Source: an uncultured virus (IMG/VR IMGVR_UViG_3300027734_000064)
Lineage: Duplodnaviria > Heunggongvirae > Uroviricota > Caudoviricetes > Crassvirales
Reading direction: 5' to 3' (one strand)
DNA length: 64,000 nt
IMG/VR virus record: IMGVR_UViG_3300027734_000064
This document shows positions 35,276-45,675 of this stretch, one piece after another (within the stretch, counting starts at the first letter, position 1; every line of letters starts with the position of its first letter). The notes under the pieces are model-generated. The model did not search any database. It worked only from the letters and a program-made list of their open reading frames with translations, and was not told the origin of the DNA. The translations under genes were made by a program, and so were the position numbers.

Positions 35276-38200
35276 TGTGTGCCGTCCCACTGAAAGGTTG
35301 CGAATACTCCACCTAAGTCTCTCTTGTACCATCCAGCAGGCGCAAGTACTGTTCCGCCAGCATTGGTGTATAAAGATCCTGTAGAGCCAAAGTTATTGGT
35401 GTAGTAGTATCCAGTGAATGCGCTTGACGCACATGATGCTCCAGACGTTAATCCAAACGCTAAGCTTACATTGTAAACAGGAGGCGCTGTTGTTGTGGTA
35501 GTCGTTGTACTTGTCGTTGTACTTGTCGTTGTACTCGTGGTTGTACTTGTTGTTGTAGTTGTGGTTGTGGTAGTTGTAGCACAGTTATACTTTGCAAGAA
35601 CTAATCCTGTAATAGATATCTGCAAGGCATAAGTGTTTGCGCCTTCATTTACATAGTACCACTTATTCAATCCATTAAATACAATTGTACCTATTGAGTT
35701 GGTATAGATAAAGTCTCCAAGTGCAGGATATGCGCTAGCTCCGTTATGGTAGAACGTAGTTGAGTTTACACCTAAAGAACAAGAACTATACTGAGTGCTA
35801 TATCCCGTTGGATCCATAAGGTATCCAGTAAAGGTAGGCGTAGTCGTTGTTGTGGTTGTTGTCGTAGATGTAGTCGTTGTTGTACCAATACACGTTGCGC
35901 AGTTTGCGTAAAGAACTCTTGGATTAGGAATTAAATACCCATAAGGCTGAGCAGATACCGTGCCAGTAATTGTCCAGCAGTTGCCATCAGATGACTTCAA
36001 TACATTACCTACTGAGATAGCTTGAGAATAAGTATCTAACAATACGTCACTGTATGTAGTTCCGCACAATGTTGCGCTATAATAATTGCCTGCTGGCAAA
36101 GTAGTTGTGGTCGTTGTGGTTCCGCAATTAAATACGTCAACTACATTTCCAAGGTTGTCAACCTTGATTGCTTGTCCGTTATTTATTAAGTACCAATTAT
36201 TACCACCTACTAAAGGTGTAGCGCCATTTTGATCTTCATAAACAATGTCATCAACCATTGGGAATACTGTGTATCCATTTGAGTACATAGTGACAAATGT
36301 AGGCACAGCAATAGCGCAGCATAATGACGCACTCACTTGATTATGAACCTTGTCCACTTGGATAGGTACATAGTTTACAGGTTGACTGTTTACAGTGATT
36401 GTAAATGTGTTTGGTATACTTGTTCCTACACAGTTAGTTGCAGTCACAGTTAAGTTGTATTGCCCGAATCCAGACGCTGTCCCGGAAATCAATCCCGTTG
36501 AAGTGTCAAGAGTTAAGCCTGCTGGCATACTATTAGTTTGACAAGGACCTACCAGTGAGTATGTTACGTCTGACCCAGTTACAACTGATATTGTGCCAGT
36601 AACATAGCATTTGTAAATAACCTGACCAACGTTAACCACAACATTCTCATACAATAATGTATTTGGGTTCTGTCCAGTAACAACACCACCAACTGTTCCT
36701 CCATCAATCGAATAGTTAGACGATGTGGTTGATACGGCAAAGCTTGTCGGGTTATTTGTTGCAGCTATCTTAATGCTTACATCGTTACCTTGGATGTATT
36801 CTACATTGCCTTGAATAACAACTGGCACAGCAACCTCAGTACATCCGCAAGCGGTTACCGATAGAACAACACCGAAGTTGTCAATGTTTAGCGCATAGCC
36901 AGATATATAATAATACTTACTGTCTCCGGCAAACAATGTTGTTCCACCAGCATCAGAATATATAATGTTCCCCTCAGAAGGTATGCTATTTTGTCCATTA
37001 TAATATACAGTTGTACTTGTGCTTCCTCCGCACGCAAGCGCTGAAGTTGCATAAGGTGTTGTCCCCATTGCAATTGACCTCAATGTGGTTGCGTAAGTTT
37101 GGAATGACCATGTTGTGCTGGCAATAGGAGAGTAAACATACAAGAAATAACTTCCTGTTGTTTGCTTAACTTGCGTCAAGAATCCTACTCCATTGTTTAC
37201 CAATCCATTATAAGGAGAGCTTAAGTTTATATTGTCAACGCCCAATGCAACTAATGCATTATAGTTTGCTAAACTGTTTAGTCCAACATATCCACTATCA
37301 TTTATTAGGTTGTTATTTGCGTCGTATAAAACAAATCTAGAAGCGCCAACACCTGCATTGTATTTCAACTGTACGTTACCTACGCTTGAGCCATAGTTAA
37401 GTTCAATGATTTCAGGGTTCAATGTGCCAGAAGATGTAGACGATCCAACACTTGGAATATTTACCTTGTTTCTATAATCCCAAATCAAATATAAATTAGT
37501 ACCATTCGCTGCATAGTTAAAGTTTGCATTGTAAAGCCCTGCACTATAAACTGGTGTAATCTCGGTAGACGCTGCAATCAATGAATCTACGTTTGCAGGG
37601 TCATAGGTTGTATTTGTATCTAACGAATATACTTTGTTACCCAAACTTGGATTAAAGATCTTTATATTCGATCCTTGTGCATTTGTAGAGTCAGTGTAAG
37701 ATGTAAGCGTTACGGTATCTCCTACTGCTGGAATATCACCTTGGCCAACAACACCAACATTTTGAGCGTACAATGACAACCCAGTTGGCTGCATTACTAC
37801 GTTTGAGTACAAGGCTCCCGAAGATCCTGAGCTTGTCCAGTTTACTCTTTGTTGTGTTTGTGAGCCACCTTGAGATACTTGACCACCATTGGCAACCACA
37901 ACTGTCTTAATAACAGCAGGCTTGTTAGATTGAGTCAAGATAACATCTTGGAATGTTCCACAAGCATTTACTCTTATTCTTATAGATCTCGCAGCACCAG
38001 CGCCAATGTTTGATGTAAGCGTAACTTTAATAAGTTTGTTTCCTGTGCCGGCAACTTGAGAAAGTGTAGCCCATCCAGTTCCAAACCCATTGTCAATCAA
38101 TGACACTGTCCAGTTCTGAGATGCCGTAATAATAAATGTGTCATATGTGCCGGCAGTTCCCTCGATAAAGAAAACTGTTTTGTTTACAGAGTATGTACAC

Positions 38201-41200
38201 AAGTTTACAGTCTTTGTGTTGCTTGTCAATACATACACGGCATCATAAGGATCGTATACGCCAATCTTTTGTGTGTCGGGACCACTTGAGAACAAATCTC
38301 TAAACCAATCTCTCATCCCTTGAGAAGATATCTCAAACAATCCAGACTCATCAAGCTTCATTACTGTGCCTCTTCTGGCATCAGTAAAGAACATATCAGA
38401 TCCCCACTTTGCAAAACTCTCAGGGTTCAAGCTAATACCATACTCTCCTGTAAATGGTACAGGTGTACCAAGCACCTCAGGGATAGAAGCAATTGCACCT
38501 CCGCCAATAGCATCGCTTAGTAAGTTCTTCTCGTAAAGAACTTTAAATACTTTATTCTCTTGGAATACAATTAAATCAGTATCTCTTGAATGCAGCTTTT
38601 GAATAGATCCGTATGCTCTGTCTAAGAACTTGAAGTTAGCTTTTGACAAGTTGAACTCATTCAATCTGTTGGTAGATGTCTCAGACTGATATATTTGCGA
38701 GTATGTGATGCCAGACTTCGCATTGCTTTGTGCATAGTTAGGAATGTATGAGTTAACCCTTGGAGTGTTGCCTATCGTAGGTTGATTGAAATCATCTCTA
38801 ACTCTATAGCTCTCAACACCATTACCAAACGAGAATGCATTAAAGTCATTAATCTGCAATGTTGCAATACCATTTAATACTTGCCCAACATCTCCAGAAA
38901 TATTTGACTTATGAAGCTTTGTAACTCCATCGGAAGCAGTTACAATAGGATATGTCGTTGGTATCTCATAGAATATTTCAGAGTTATTATCCTTTCCAAT
39001 TGTTTCAAGTACGATAGGGCTTTGACCATTTAAGCTATATGTAATTTTAAGAGTAATTCTATTCTGAGGAATTGTATTTAATCCTCCTCCGCTAAACTTA
39101 CCTAATTGATTATTAACATCATACCCCTTTACAATTAAATAAGTAATACCGCTTATAGTTCTAAAGAAAACATTAAATGAACCGTGATTTGTTCCATCTT
39201 CAGAATATTGCTTAAACTTACTATAAACTTGATCTTCATAAAACCATTCCTCAATATTTACATAATCAGAAGAAGCAATAAATGTTTGTTCTGGCTGATC
39301 TGCGGCACCCTCACTTTCAGATATATCTATTTTAATTACTTGACCAGTAGTTATGTTATTTAAAGGAAGTTTTGCAAATCCACCATCTTTTTGAGCAACA
39401 GGATCACTCCACCAAGTTGGACCGTTAAAAGTATTATTTCCTTTGTTGCTTCTACAATTTATTCTCCAAGAATCTCCAACTGTGTATCCAGATGTTGATC
39501 CAAATATAATAAAACCAATAGATTTGCCTGATGCGTCTTTTAAATAGTTACCTTTTTTTACGGTTGTAATCGTTGATAAACTATCTTTATTTATTGTAAC
39601 ATTTGATTCAATAGGCGCAGATAAATTAGGAAACAAATAATAATTAAATGTATTTGTTCCTGTCATTTTTATAGAATATCTTGCATCTTTTGCCCCTCCA
39701 TAATAAGTTAATGCAGTAAGCTTACTATTACCTTTTCCATAAAATATTGGATTTTCAATAGCAGCATAAGGATTATACTTATCAAGATTTATAGCTATAC
39801 TTCCTGATCCAGTGTAAGTATCTCTATTGTTGGCGAGACCAAAATCACTTATGGATGTTTCTGATCTTGATATTTTAATAAATAAACTTCCTTCGGCTTT
39901 AACTTTAATGTAAAATCCTTCAGGTTGTTGTAGTGGAGATGTATTCAAAAAATTAACTGCTTTCATGTCTGCTTCAAGAATTTTATATCTTTCAGCAGAC
40001 CCAGTTGCTCCAGACTCTGTAGACTTAATTGTTAAGTAAGAATCTTTTTGAACCTTGTCAATGTCAGCCTTAGGTATTAAGAACCAAGTATATAATCCAT
40101 CTTGAAAATAATTAACTGGAAATACGTTATAATACTCTGATTTATTTTGTTTTATAAAGAATCTATACTTTGTTGCAAAGCAAGGAGCATAGTTGTTCAC
40201 TTTCACTTTTAATAAGTTTTGCGCTGTAGATGCACTTGCTGGCACATGAACTGTGTTCTCATCAGAGGTAAGCACGGTTGTCATTCTGCCATAGTCATCT
40301 AAATACACAATACCTAACTCATAGTCTCTGTCGCTTTTAAATGTTTTTCTTGGAACACCCTTAGTTACTACCGGTATAGAATTCAATTCAGCTTTAAGAC
40401 TAACATTGATAGGCACTTGATTGCAGTCAGCAATATCATAAAACTGAGTGTAGTTACCATAAGACAATCTGTTGCCAATATACTCTTGTGCTTTTGCCTT
40501 CAATGGTACGTTGTCAAACAACCTTGTCAATTGATCTTCTGGCAAAACAGCGTAAGCCTTGTTATTTTGAAATTTAAACTTATTCGATAAAGCTGTCGCC
40601 TTGGTTATGTTCTCAATAATATTTGCCGTCAATGAATAAGTGTCCTTAAATATTAACTGAACCTCTTTTACATTGCTGTCTCCAAAGTCAAAAGTAATCT
40701 CAACGGTATTGTTTGCATTGACCATAGACTTGTTACTACCTGTCCCATAGTCATATGAGAACACCTTAGGGAAAAATGCAACGTCAGAGAATGGCGATAA
40801 TGCGCTATACTCATTGTCAAGGTATTTATATCTATAAGCAAATCGTATAAATCTCTCACTGATATTATTCACGTCAGAACCATCATTGCTCATTACAATT
40901 GTAGGCGCATTCAATGGAGGAGCCAAGATCACAGATATGTCTTTGTCTGTAAATCCATCTAACGGATATGTTCTTGTTACATTTATTTTTCTTGGTGGGT
41001 TTAATCCATCTGTCCAATACAATAAATTATCAACTAAGTTAACACCAGTAATTAAAAAGTTAGTACTAAACTTCAAGTACTCAACGGGTGCCCTGCCAGC
41101 GCTTTCTATTAATAATATATATGTCTCTCCTGTTCCGTTTGCGTTCTCATGGTATTTCACAACCATATTAAACACGCCCTTCACAAAGTAGTATATATTA

Positions 41201-41451
41201 TTGTTTGCCTGATCAACATACGAACCAATGGTTGTGTATGTGCCTGGCAATGTTATACCCATGGCTAACGCAGCAGCCCTCAATCCAGACACTTGGGTGT
41301 TCCCCATTACGTTCTGTACGGAACCAACATTTGTCGAGTCAGATGTACCTACACGAATGTTTCTGGCATCTCTATATTGACCATTAGGGATAAGCCTCTC
41401 ATCGAGGTCTTTGTTCATTATGCCAGCGGCAAAGTTTCTTTTTAATTCCAT
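35248..41451 (-). CDS. Tail nozzle/stabilisation protein N-part fused to BACON, Ig-like and Cys modules with poly-Thr linkers
   Basis: MNKDLDERL.P.GQYRDA.N, WTDG.NPPRKIN, RFAYRYKY.D.EYS.LSPF; adhesin-like C-terminal ~980 aa. Confidence 0.8.
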   Translation of the reverse strand: MELKRNFAAGIMNKDLDERLIPNGQYRDARNIRVGTSDSTNVGSVQNVMGNTQVSGLRAAALAMGITLPGTYTTIGSYVDQANNNIYYFVKGVFNMVVKYHENANGTGETYILLIESAGRAPVEYLKFSTNFLITGVNLVDNLLYWTDGLNPPRKINVTRTYPLDGFTDKDISVILAPPLNAPTIVMSNDGSDVNNISERFIRFAYRYKYLDNEYSALSPFSDVAFFPKVFSYDYGTGSNKSMVNANNTVEITFDFGDSNVKEVQLIFKDTYSLTANIIENITKATALSNKFKFQNNKAYAVLPEDQLTRLFDNVPLKAKAQEYIGNRLSYGNYTQFYDIADCNQVPINVSLKAELNSIPVVTKGVPRKTFKSDRDYELGIVYLDDYGRMTTVLTSDENTVHVPASASTAQNLLKVKVNNYAPCFATKYRFFIKQNKSEYYNVFPVNYFQDGLYTWFLIPKADIDKVQKDSYLTIKSTESGATGSAERYKILEADMKAVNFLNTSPLQQPEGFYIKVKAEGSLFIKISRSETSISDFGLANNRDTYTGSGSIAINLDKYNPYAAIENPIFYGKGNSKLTALTYYGGAKDARYSIKMTGTNTFNYYLFPNLSAPIESNVTINKDSLSTITTVKKGNYLKDASGKSIGFIIFGSTSGYTVGDSWRINCRSNKGNNTFNGPTWWSDPVAQKDGGFAKLPLNNITTGQVIKIDISESEGAADQPEQTFIASSDYVNIEEWFYEDQVYSKFKQYSEDGTNHGSFNVFFRTISGITYLIVKGYDVNNQLGKFSGGGLNTIPQNRITLKITYSLNGQSPIVLETIGKDNNSEIFYEIPTTYPIVTASDGVTKLHKSNISGDVGQVLNGIATLQINDFNAFSFGNGVESYRVRDDFNQPTIGNTPRVNSYIPNYAQSNAKSGITYSQIYQSETSTNRLNEFNLSKANFKFLDRAYGSIQKLHSRDTDLIVFQENKVFKVLYEKNLLSDAIGGGAIASIPEVLGTPVPFTGEYGISLNPESFAKWGSDMFFTDARRGTVMKLDESGLFEISSQGMRDWFRDLFSSGPDTQKIGVYDPYDAVYVLTSNTKTVNLCTYSVNKTVFFIEGTAGTYDTFIITASQNWTVSLIDNGFGTGWATLSQVAGTGNKLIKVTLTSNIGAGAARSIRIRVNACGTFQDVILTQSNKPAVIKTVVVANGGQVSQGGSQTQQRVNWTSSGSSGALYSNVVMQPTGLSLYAQNVGVVGQGDIPAVGDTVTLTSYTDSTNAQGSNIKIFNPSLGNKVYSLDTNTTYDPANVDSLIAASTEITPVYSAGLYNANFNYAANGTNLYLIWDYRNKVNIPSVGSSTSSGTLNPEIIELNYGSSVGNVQLKYNAGVGASRFVLYDANNNLINDSGYVGLNSLANYNALVALGVDNINLSSPYNGLVNNGVGFLTQVKQTTGSYFLYVYSPIASTTWSFQTYATTLRSIAMGTTPYATSALACGGSTSTTVYYNGQNSIPSEGNIIYSDAGGTTLFAGDSKYYYISGYALNIDNFGVVLSVTACGCTEVAVPVVIQGNVEYIQGNDVSIKIAATNNPTSFAVSTTSSNYSIDGGTVGGVVTGQNPNTLLYENVVVNVGQVIYKCYVTGTISVVTGSDVTYSLVGPCQTNSMPAGLTLDTSTGLISGTASGFGQYNLTVTATNCVGTSIPNTFTITVNSQPVNYVPIQVDKVHNQVSASLCCAIAVPTFVTMYSNGYTVFPMVDDIVYEDQNGATPLVGGNNWYLINNGQAIKVDNLGNVVDVFNCGTTTTTTTLPAGNYYSATLCGTTYSDVLLDTYSQAISVGNVLKSSDGNCWTITGTVSAQPYGYLIPNPRVLYANCATCIGTTTTTSTTTTTTTTTPTFTGYLMDPTGYSTQYSSCSLGVNSTTFYHNGASAYPALGDFIYTNSIGTIVFNGLNKWYYVNEGANTYALQISITGLVLAKYNCATTTTTTTTTTSTTTSTTTSTTTSTTTTTTTAPPVYNVSLAFGLTSGASCASSAFTGYYYTNNFGSTGSLYTNAGGTVLAPAGWYKRDLGGVFATFQWDGTQWISALDCP
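35488..35577 (-). repeat. Poly-Thr/Ser tract (30 codons); shorter tracts near 35840-35885 and 36100-36120
   Basis: T10-(ST3)x3-S-T7 encoded by mixed ACN codons. Confidence 0.95.
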
Positions 41452-41453
41452 AG

Positions 41454-42347
41454 TTATTTAATCCACTTATCTCTACCACGAAGAACCATTAATAATCTTC
41501 CTGGCTTAAGGTTACTCAATCTGATTTTAGCATTTCTTAGCATCGCTGACTTCTCTTCTCTTGCACGTCTTACAATGTACTCCTGAACGCCAATTCTGTT
41601 GTTTAGAATGCACCATTTAATGTAAGAGTAAACAAACTCTTCAGCAAACTTGTGAACCTTTAATTGTGATGGGTCTGCGCTTTCAAGACCATCAGAGATA
41701 TATTCAAGCACAATCAATCTGCCTGATACAGCTGATGAGAAGTTAATCACACCAGATGCTTTGTCAATTACAAACTTAGGGTTGACATTCGCTTCACTTG
41801 TCTCCATACCAAAGCGTCCGCCAATTCCATATCTAAAGTACCAGTAGCCATCATAGAACCAGCCTTCTCTTCCGTAGTACCATCCATCAATATAAGCAAT
41901 CTCCATTGCTGTATTCTTGATGCGTGAGATATCTAATTCAGATTGACCGGTGATAATATTGCCATCTTGGTCATAGATGAAATCATCATTGTTATCTTGC
42001 AAATATGCGTTAGCATAGTTAACCGTTGTATTCTCAGTCAACTTGAACAATACGCCATTTGCTTCTAATGAAATTCTAATATAGTCAACATAGTCAGGAG
42101 GTAAGATGAACTTCAAGTCATCTTTAACCTTCATCTCAAGAACTTTCTTATTTCTTAATGCGTCATAGTTTAGCTCCTGCAATGCTCTCTTTGCATGGAA
42201 CAATACATTATAACGTGTTGCATTGTCAATCAATTTGTCAGGCCCAACATACATAAGCATGAAGTTGTTGACAATATCAGCCAATGTTGTATTCTGCCCT
42301 TCACCCCAAAGGTTTGAGTCGTTGTAATATTCTTGGTTTGTTGACAT
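41454..42347 (-). CDS. Tail ring/adaptor structural protein
   Basis: FHAKR.LQEL.YD, LP.DYV.Y.RIS, EY.SDG; position. Confidence 0.7.
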   Translation of the reverse strand: MSTNQEYYNDSNLWGEGQNTTLADIVNNFMLMYVGPDKLIDNATRYNVLFHAKRALQELNYDALRNKKVLEMKVKDDLKFILPPDYVDYIRISLEANGVLFKLTENTTVNYANAYLQDNNDDFIYDQDGNIITGQSELDISRIKNTAMEIAYIDGWYYGREGWFYDGYWYFRYGIGGRFGMETSEANVNPKFVIDKASGVINFSSAVSGRLIVLEYISDGLESADPSQLKVHKFAEEFVYSYIKWCILNNRIGVQEYIVRRAREEKSAMLRNAKIRLSNLKPGRLLMVLRGRDKWIK

Positions 42348-43036
42348 TATTGTTGTTGTTGATTATTTTGTTCCTCCGCAGTTGCTACTGCAACAATCTC
42401 ATTCTCTCTAATAGTAACACCAGCAAACTTCAATATCTTGATAATCAAGTCGTTCTGAAATATATCAGGCACCTCAAAGTCTTTGTAATCTGGAGCTGCT
42501 TGGTCAAACAATGGTGCTTGCGTTGCCGGATCGGTGTAGTATGTCCACTTAGGATCTAACGGGTATCTATTGTAAACAATTGACACGTTAGTCTGAATCG
42601 TTGATGGATAGACAGTTATAGTTGTGCCAGCTTGTGAGTATGCCGGATAGTATGTTGTTGGAGCCGTGTGATTAGAAAACAAAAAGTAAGGCAATTTGTT
42701 TTTCTCAATTCTCTCAACATCCTTGAAGCTATACAATACATTTGTTACGCTATACAAGTCTGTAGGCAGATTGTATATGCCACCAGAATATGTTAATGCG
42801 GCGCTGGTAGAAAACTTATCAATGCTTTCAGACAAAAGCTTAGCAATGTCTGAGCTGCCACTATACGATACCCCTGTATTCCTCTTAACAAGCCACTTGT
42901 TGTATTGATAGAACATATCTTCAAATACCTCCAATTGTGCTTGCCTGGCAAATGCATTGAACTCATCAGGAGTAAGATATCCATTGTTATCCTTGTTAAG
43001 GAAGAACATTACGGTATTTCTTACGTTATTTATCAT
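42347..43036 (-). CDS. Head-tail adaptor/tail tubular protein
   Basis: NK.NNGY.TP.EFN.FA.QAQ, LP.DLY, Y.RYP..PKW. Confidence 0.7.
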   Translation of the reverse strand: MINNVRNTVMFFLNKDNNGYLTPDEFNAFARQAQLEVFEDMFYQYNKWLVKRNTGVSYSGSSDIAKLLSESIDKFSTSAALTYSGGIYNLPTDLYSVTNVLYSFKDVERIEKNKLPYFLFSNHTAPTTYYPAYSQAGTTITVYPSTIQTNVSIVYNRYPLDPKWTYYTDPATQAPLFDQAAPDYKDFEVPDIFQNDLIIKILKFAGVTIRENEIVAVATAEEQNNQQQQ

Positions 43037-43050
43037 TGTATCGCAAAGAT

Positions 43051-43081
43051 AATAAAAAAATAGCAGGGACTTGCCCTGCTA
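43051..43081 (-). terminator. Intrinsic terminator
   Basis: TAGCAGGG/CCCTGCTA stem followed by U tract on the minus strand. Confidence 0.75.
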
Positions 43082-43107
43082 CTTTAATGAATGAAAGAAA
43101 GAAAAAA

Positions 43108-43401
43108 TTAAGCGATTGCTACAGTAGTAACGCTGATACCGCTTGGTAAAGTAGGTGTAATGAACTGCAAAGGCGCAGAGTTTGGTTTGTTGATAGCGAT
43201 GATTGCATCAATAATTGCATTTACAGTTGAAGTAGTTGCATTACTTGTGTGAGTAATAGTAACGATGTCTGTAGATGCACTAGCAGCAGTGTACGCAATA
43301 GTAACGGCAGTATCAGAAGCTTTAGCTACTAAACCGATGTTGTCTAGGCCGATCAAAACCGTTCCGGTAGTCGATGCCTCAATTTTTAAAAATTTGCTCA
43401 T
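43108..43401 (-). CDS. Small Ala/Thr-rich structural protein
   Basis: Own -7 box; in the head gene cluster. Confidence 0.65.
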   Translation of the reverse strand: MSKFLKIEASTTGTVLIGLDNIGLVAKASDTAVTIAYTAASASTDIVTITHTSNATTSTVNAIIDAIIAINKPNSAPLQFITPTLPSGISVTTVAIA

Positions 43402-43422
43402 AGTTGTATGCAAATATAATAA

Positions 43423-44169
43423 TTATTCTTGACTAATTCTATTAAGCATCTCTTCTGTCTCGATGCCTTCTTGCGTTTTGAAATACGCAGCGATTGCATT
43501 AATTGGATCTTCACCCAAAGGAACGCTCATCATTTTGCGTTTATTATCTTTCAAATTAAAGAATACATCTCTTTGTGAGTTTCTAAGGCTCAAATAAGAC
43601 ATCTCAATATACTTTGCTGCTTTGTTGCGTAATTGCAAGTCAGAGTCGTCAATCATCTCTAAGAAGTCTTCTGGATTGTTTCTGGCATACACCATGATAT
43701 CTCTTCTGATTTCTTGCGATGTCATCTTCTCTACACGAGATCCGATCATCACACGCAATACTGCCATTGCTGTGTCAATGCTAATTTCTCTTGCTGCAAT
43801 TTGTGCGTCAAGTTCAAAGTTCAAATACTCAAGTTTCTCACTTGCGTCTTTCTCTGGATCGAACTCTTCAAAAATATCTCCGTTAGATGGATGTAATGCT
43901 AGAAACTTTTGTAGTACTGGGTTATTCTTCTGAACAACCAATACGCCATCTTCAAATACAATTGGCTCTAAGATGTAGTTGCCGTCTTGTTCGTCTTCAA
44001 ATGGAGACTTTTGGTTTCTGGCATATCTTAGTGCTCTGTTAGTGTTTGTCGCTTCATCGAAGTGTAATAAAGGGAAACGCTTGGTGTTGCGAGAAGGCAA
44101 CATGAAAGATAATGGAGGTGCTACGTCCTTCAGAACGTACACTCTGTCTTTGATTTCTGGTTTTTTCAT
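43423..44169 (-). CDS. Conserved protein downstream of the capsid gene
   Basis: R.LRYA.NQ.SPF.DEQ...I.FEDG.L. Confidence 0.75.
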   Translation of the reverse strand: MKKPEIKDRVYVLKDVAPPLSFMLPSRNTKRFPLLHFDEATNTNRALRYARNQKSPFEDEQDGNYILEPIVFEDGVLVVQKNNPVLQKFLALHPSNGDIFEEFDPEKDASEKLEYLNFELDAQIAAREISIDTAMAVLRVMIGSRVEKMTSQEIRRDIMVYARNNPEDFLEMIDDSDLQLRNKAAKYIEMSYLSLRNSQRDVFFNLKDNKRKMMSVPLGEDPINAIAAYFKTQEGIETEEMLNRISQE

Positions 44170-44197
44170 TTGATTAAAATTTTACATTGCAAATATA

Positions 44198-44228
44198 AAC
44201 AAAAAAAGTGGGGCTATTAACCCCACTT
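44198..44228 (-). terminator. Intrinsic terminator after the capsid gene
   Basis: AAGTGGGG/CCCCACTT stem with U tract on the minus strand. Confidence 0.75.
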
Positions 44229-44252
44229 AATTTATTGATTGCTAATTACTTA

Positions 44253-45653
44253 TTAGTTACGGAACAAGAAGAAGTTGTTAGCTCCCAAGGTGCACAATGC
44301 ACGCTCAGACAAGAAATGAACTTGCATAGCATCCAAGTCACTAGTAGTTGCACCACCAGCAGAACCAGTGATCCAAGTTTTGTAACGACGATCTTCAGTT
44401 TCGCTAGCTCTGTAACGAACGTGCAAGAATGGACGTTTAGCGTTCTTACCTAACACTTGATCATAAACGCTGGTAGAACCTGCTGGTACTAACACACCGT
44501 TTACAACACCACCATTAAGACCACCACGCAAAGTAGCATCGTTAAGGTATTTCCAGTCAGTTTTGTAGAACTCATAGCTACCACGTTTGAAGCCTTTGAA
44601 GCCCAAAGTTAATGCCATGTTCTCGTCATTGTCAAACAAACCAAAGCTTGTTCCACCTGCACCGTAGCTGTTTTGAGCAGCCAACATATCATCAATATCC
44701 AAAGAGAATTGACGATTGATGAACAATGCGTTTTCTTGAATAGCTCCTTGTTTATCAAGACGTTGCAAGATAGCATCAAAGTCAGCTAATGCAGTTGGGT
44801 TTCCACCGCCCCACACGTTACCACGGCTATTAACAACGTAGAATAAACCTTCAGAACCTTTATTTCCAACGTCACCAGTAGCTGCGATAGCACCAGAGTT
44901 AGCTTCAGCAGGAACTGCTTCAACCATAGACATTTCCAAATAGTCATCAAAACGTAAACGAGTTTCGTGCTCTGATTTCAAATACCACAAGTAACCTGTA
45001 GCACCGTTCTCAGTAGTAACTTCTACCCATCCGATTTGAGCCATGTCAGAACCAGAAACTTCATATTTGTCTTTGATAATGATTGGGCTGTTAGAGAAGA
45101 TATCATCTTGTCCTTCCAAAGAACCAGTCATACCATTAGAACCTTTTTTGAATTCAGAACCGTAAACAAATGCAGTAGATGCAGTTGATACAGGGATAGT
45201 TTGTCCACCACCAGCATAGTATGCTACAGTGAAAGTCAAACCACTAACAGCAGTGATAATTGCTTTGTCACTTTGAGTTCCACCTGCATTTCTAGATAAG
45301 AATACAGTTTGACCAACTCTGAAGTTACAAGCAGTGATACCTGAGTCAGCTACAGTCCAAACAGCAGTGTCATCACCAGCAGCACCAGCTGAAGTACAGC
45401 TAGAATACTTTGTGTGCAAACGACCTTGTTCAGCCCATTTGATTAAGTCGGAGTTACTTGGCATCTCTGCGCCGACCATACGCAAGAAAGATGCAATTGA
45501 ACGATTACCGTATCTTTCAAATTCTTTTTCGTAAGTATCAGGAAGATACTGGTTCAAGAAGTTGAAGTTGGTAATGTAGTTAGTAGGCAATGTTGCCTTT
45601 ACTGATGAGGGGGTTAATGCGAAACCCGGACTCGATAATACTGAACCAGCCAT
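44253..45653 (-). CDS. Major capsid protein
   Basis: 466 aa after portal and scaffold; QYLPD.YEKE.ERYGNR, WAEQGRLH, LSER.LC..GANNF. Confidence 0.85.
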   Translation of the reverse strand: MAGSVLSSPGFALTPSSVKATLPTNYITNFNFLNQYLPDTYEKEFERYGNRSIASFLRMVGAEMPSNSDLIKWAEQGRLHTKYSSCTSAGAAGDDTAVWTVADSGITACNFRVGQTVFLSRNAGGTQSDKAIITAVSGLTFTVAYYAGGGQTIPVSTASTAFVYGSEFKKGSNGMTGSLEGQDDIFSNSPIIIKDKYEVSGSDMAQIGWVEVTTENGATGYLWYLKSEHETRLRFDDYLEMSMVEAVPAEANSGAIAATGDVGNKGSEGLFYVVNSRGNVWGGGNPTALADFDAILQRLDKQGAIQENALFINRQFSLDIDDMLAAQNSYGAGGTSFGLFDNDENMALTLGFKGFKRGSYEFYKTDWKYLNDATLRGGLNGGVVNGVLVPAGSTSVYDQVLGKNAKRPFLHVRYRASETEDRRYKTWITGSAGGATTSDLDAMQVHFLSERALCTLGANNFFLFRN

Positions 45654-45675
45654 GTTTTTTTATTTTTTGTTTTTT

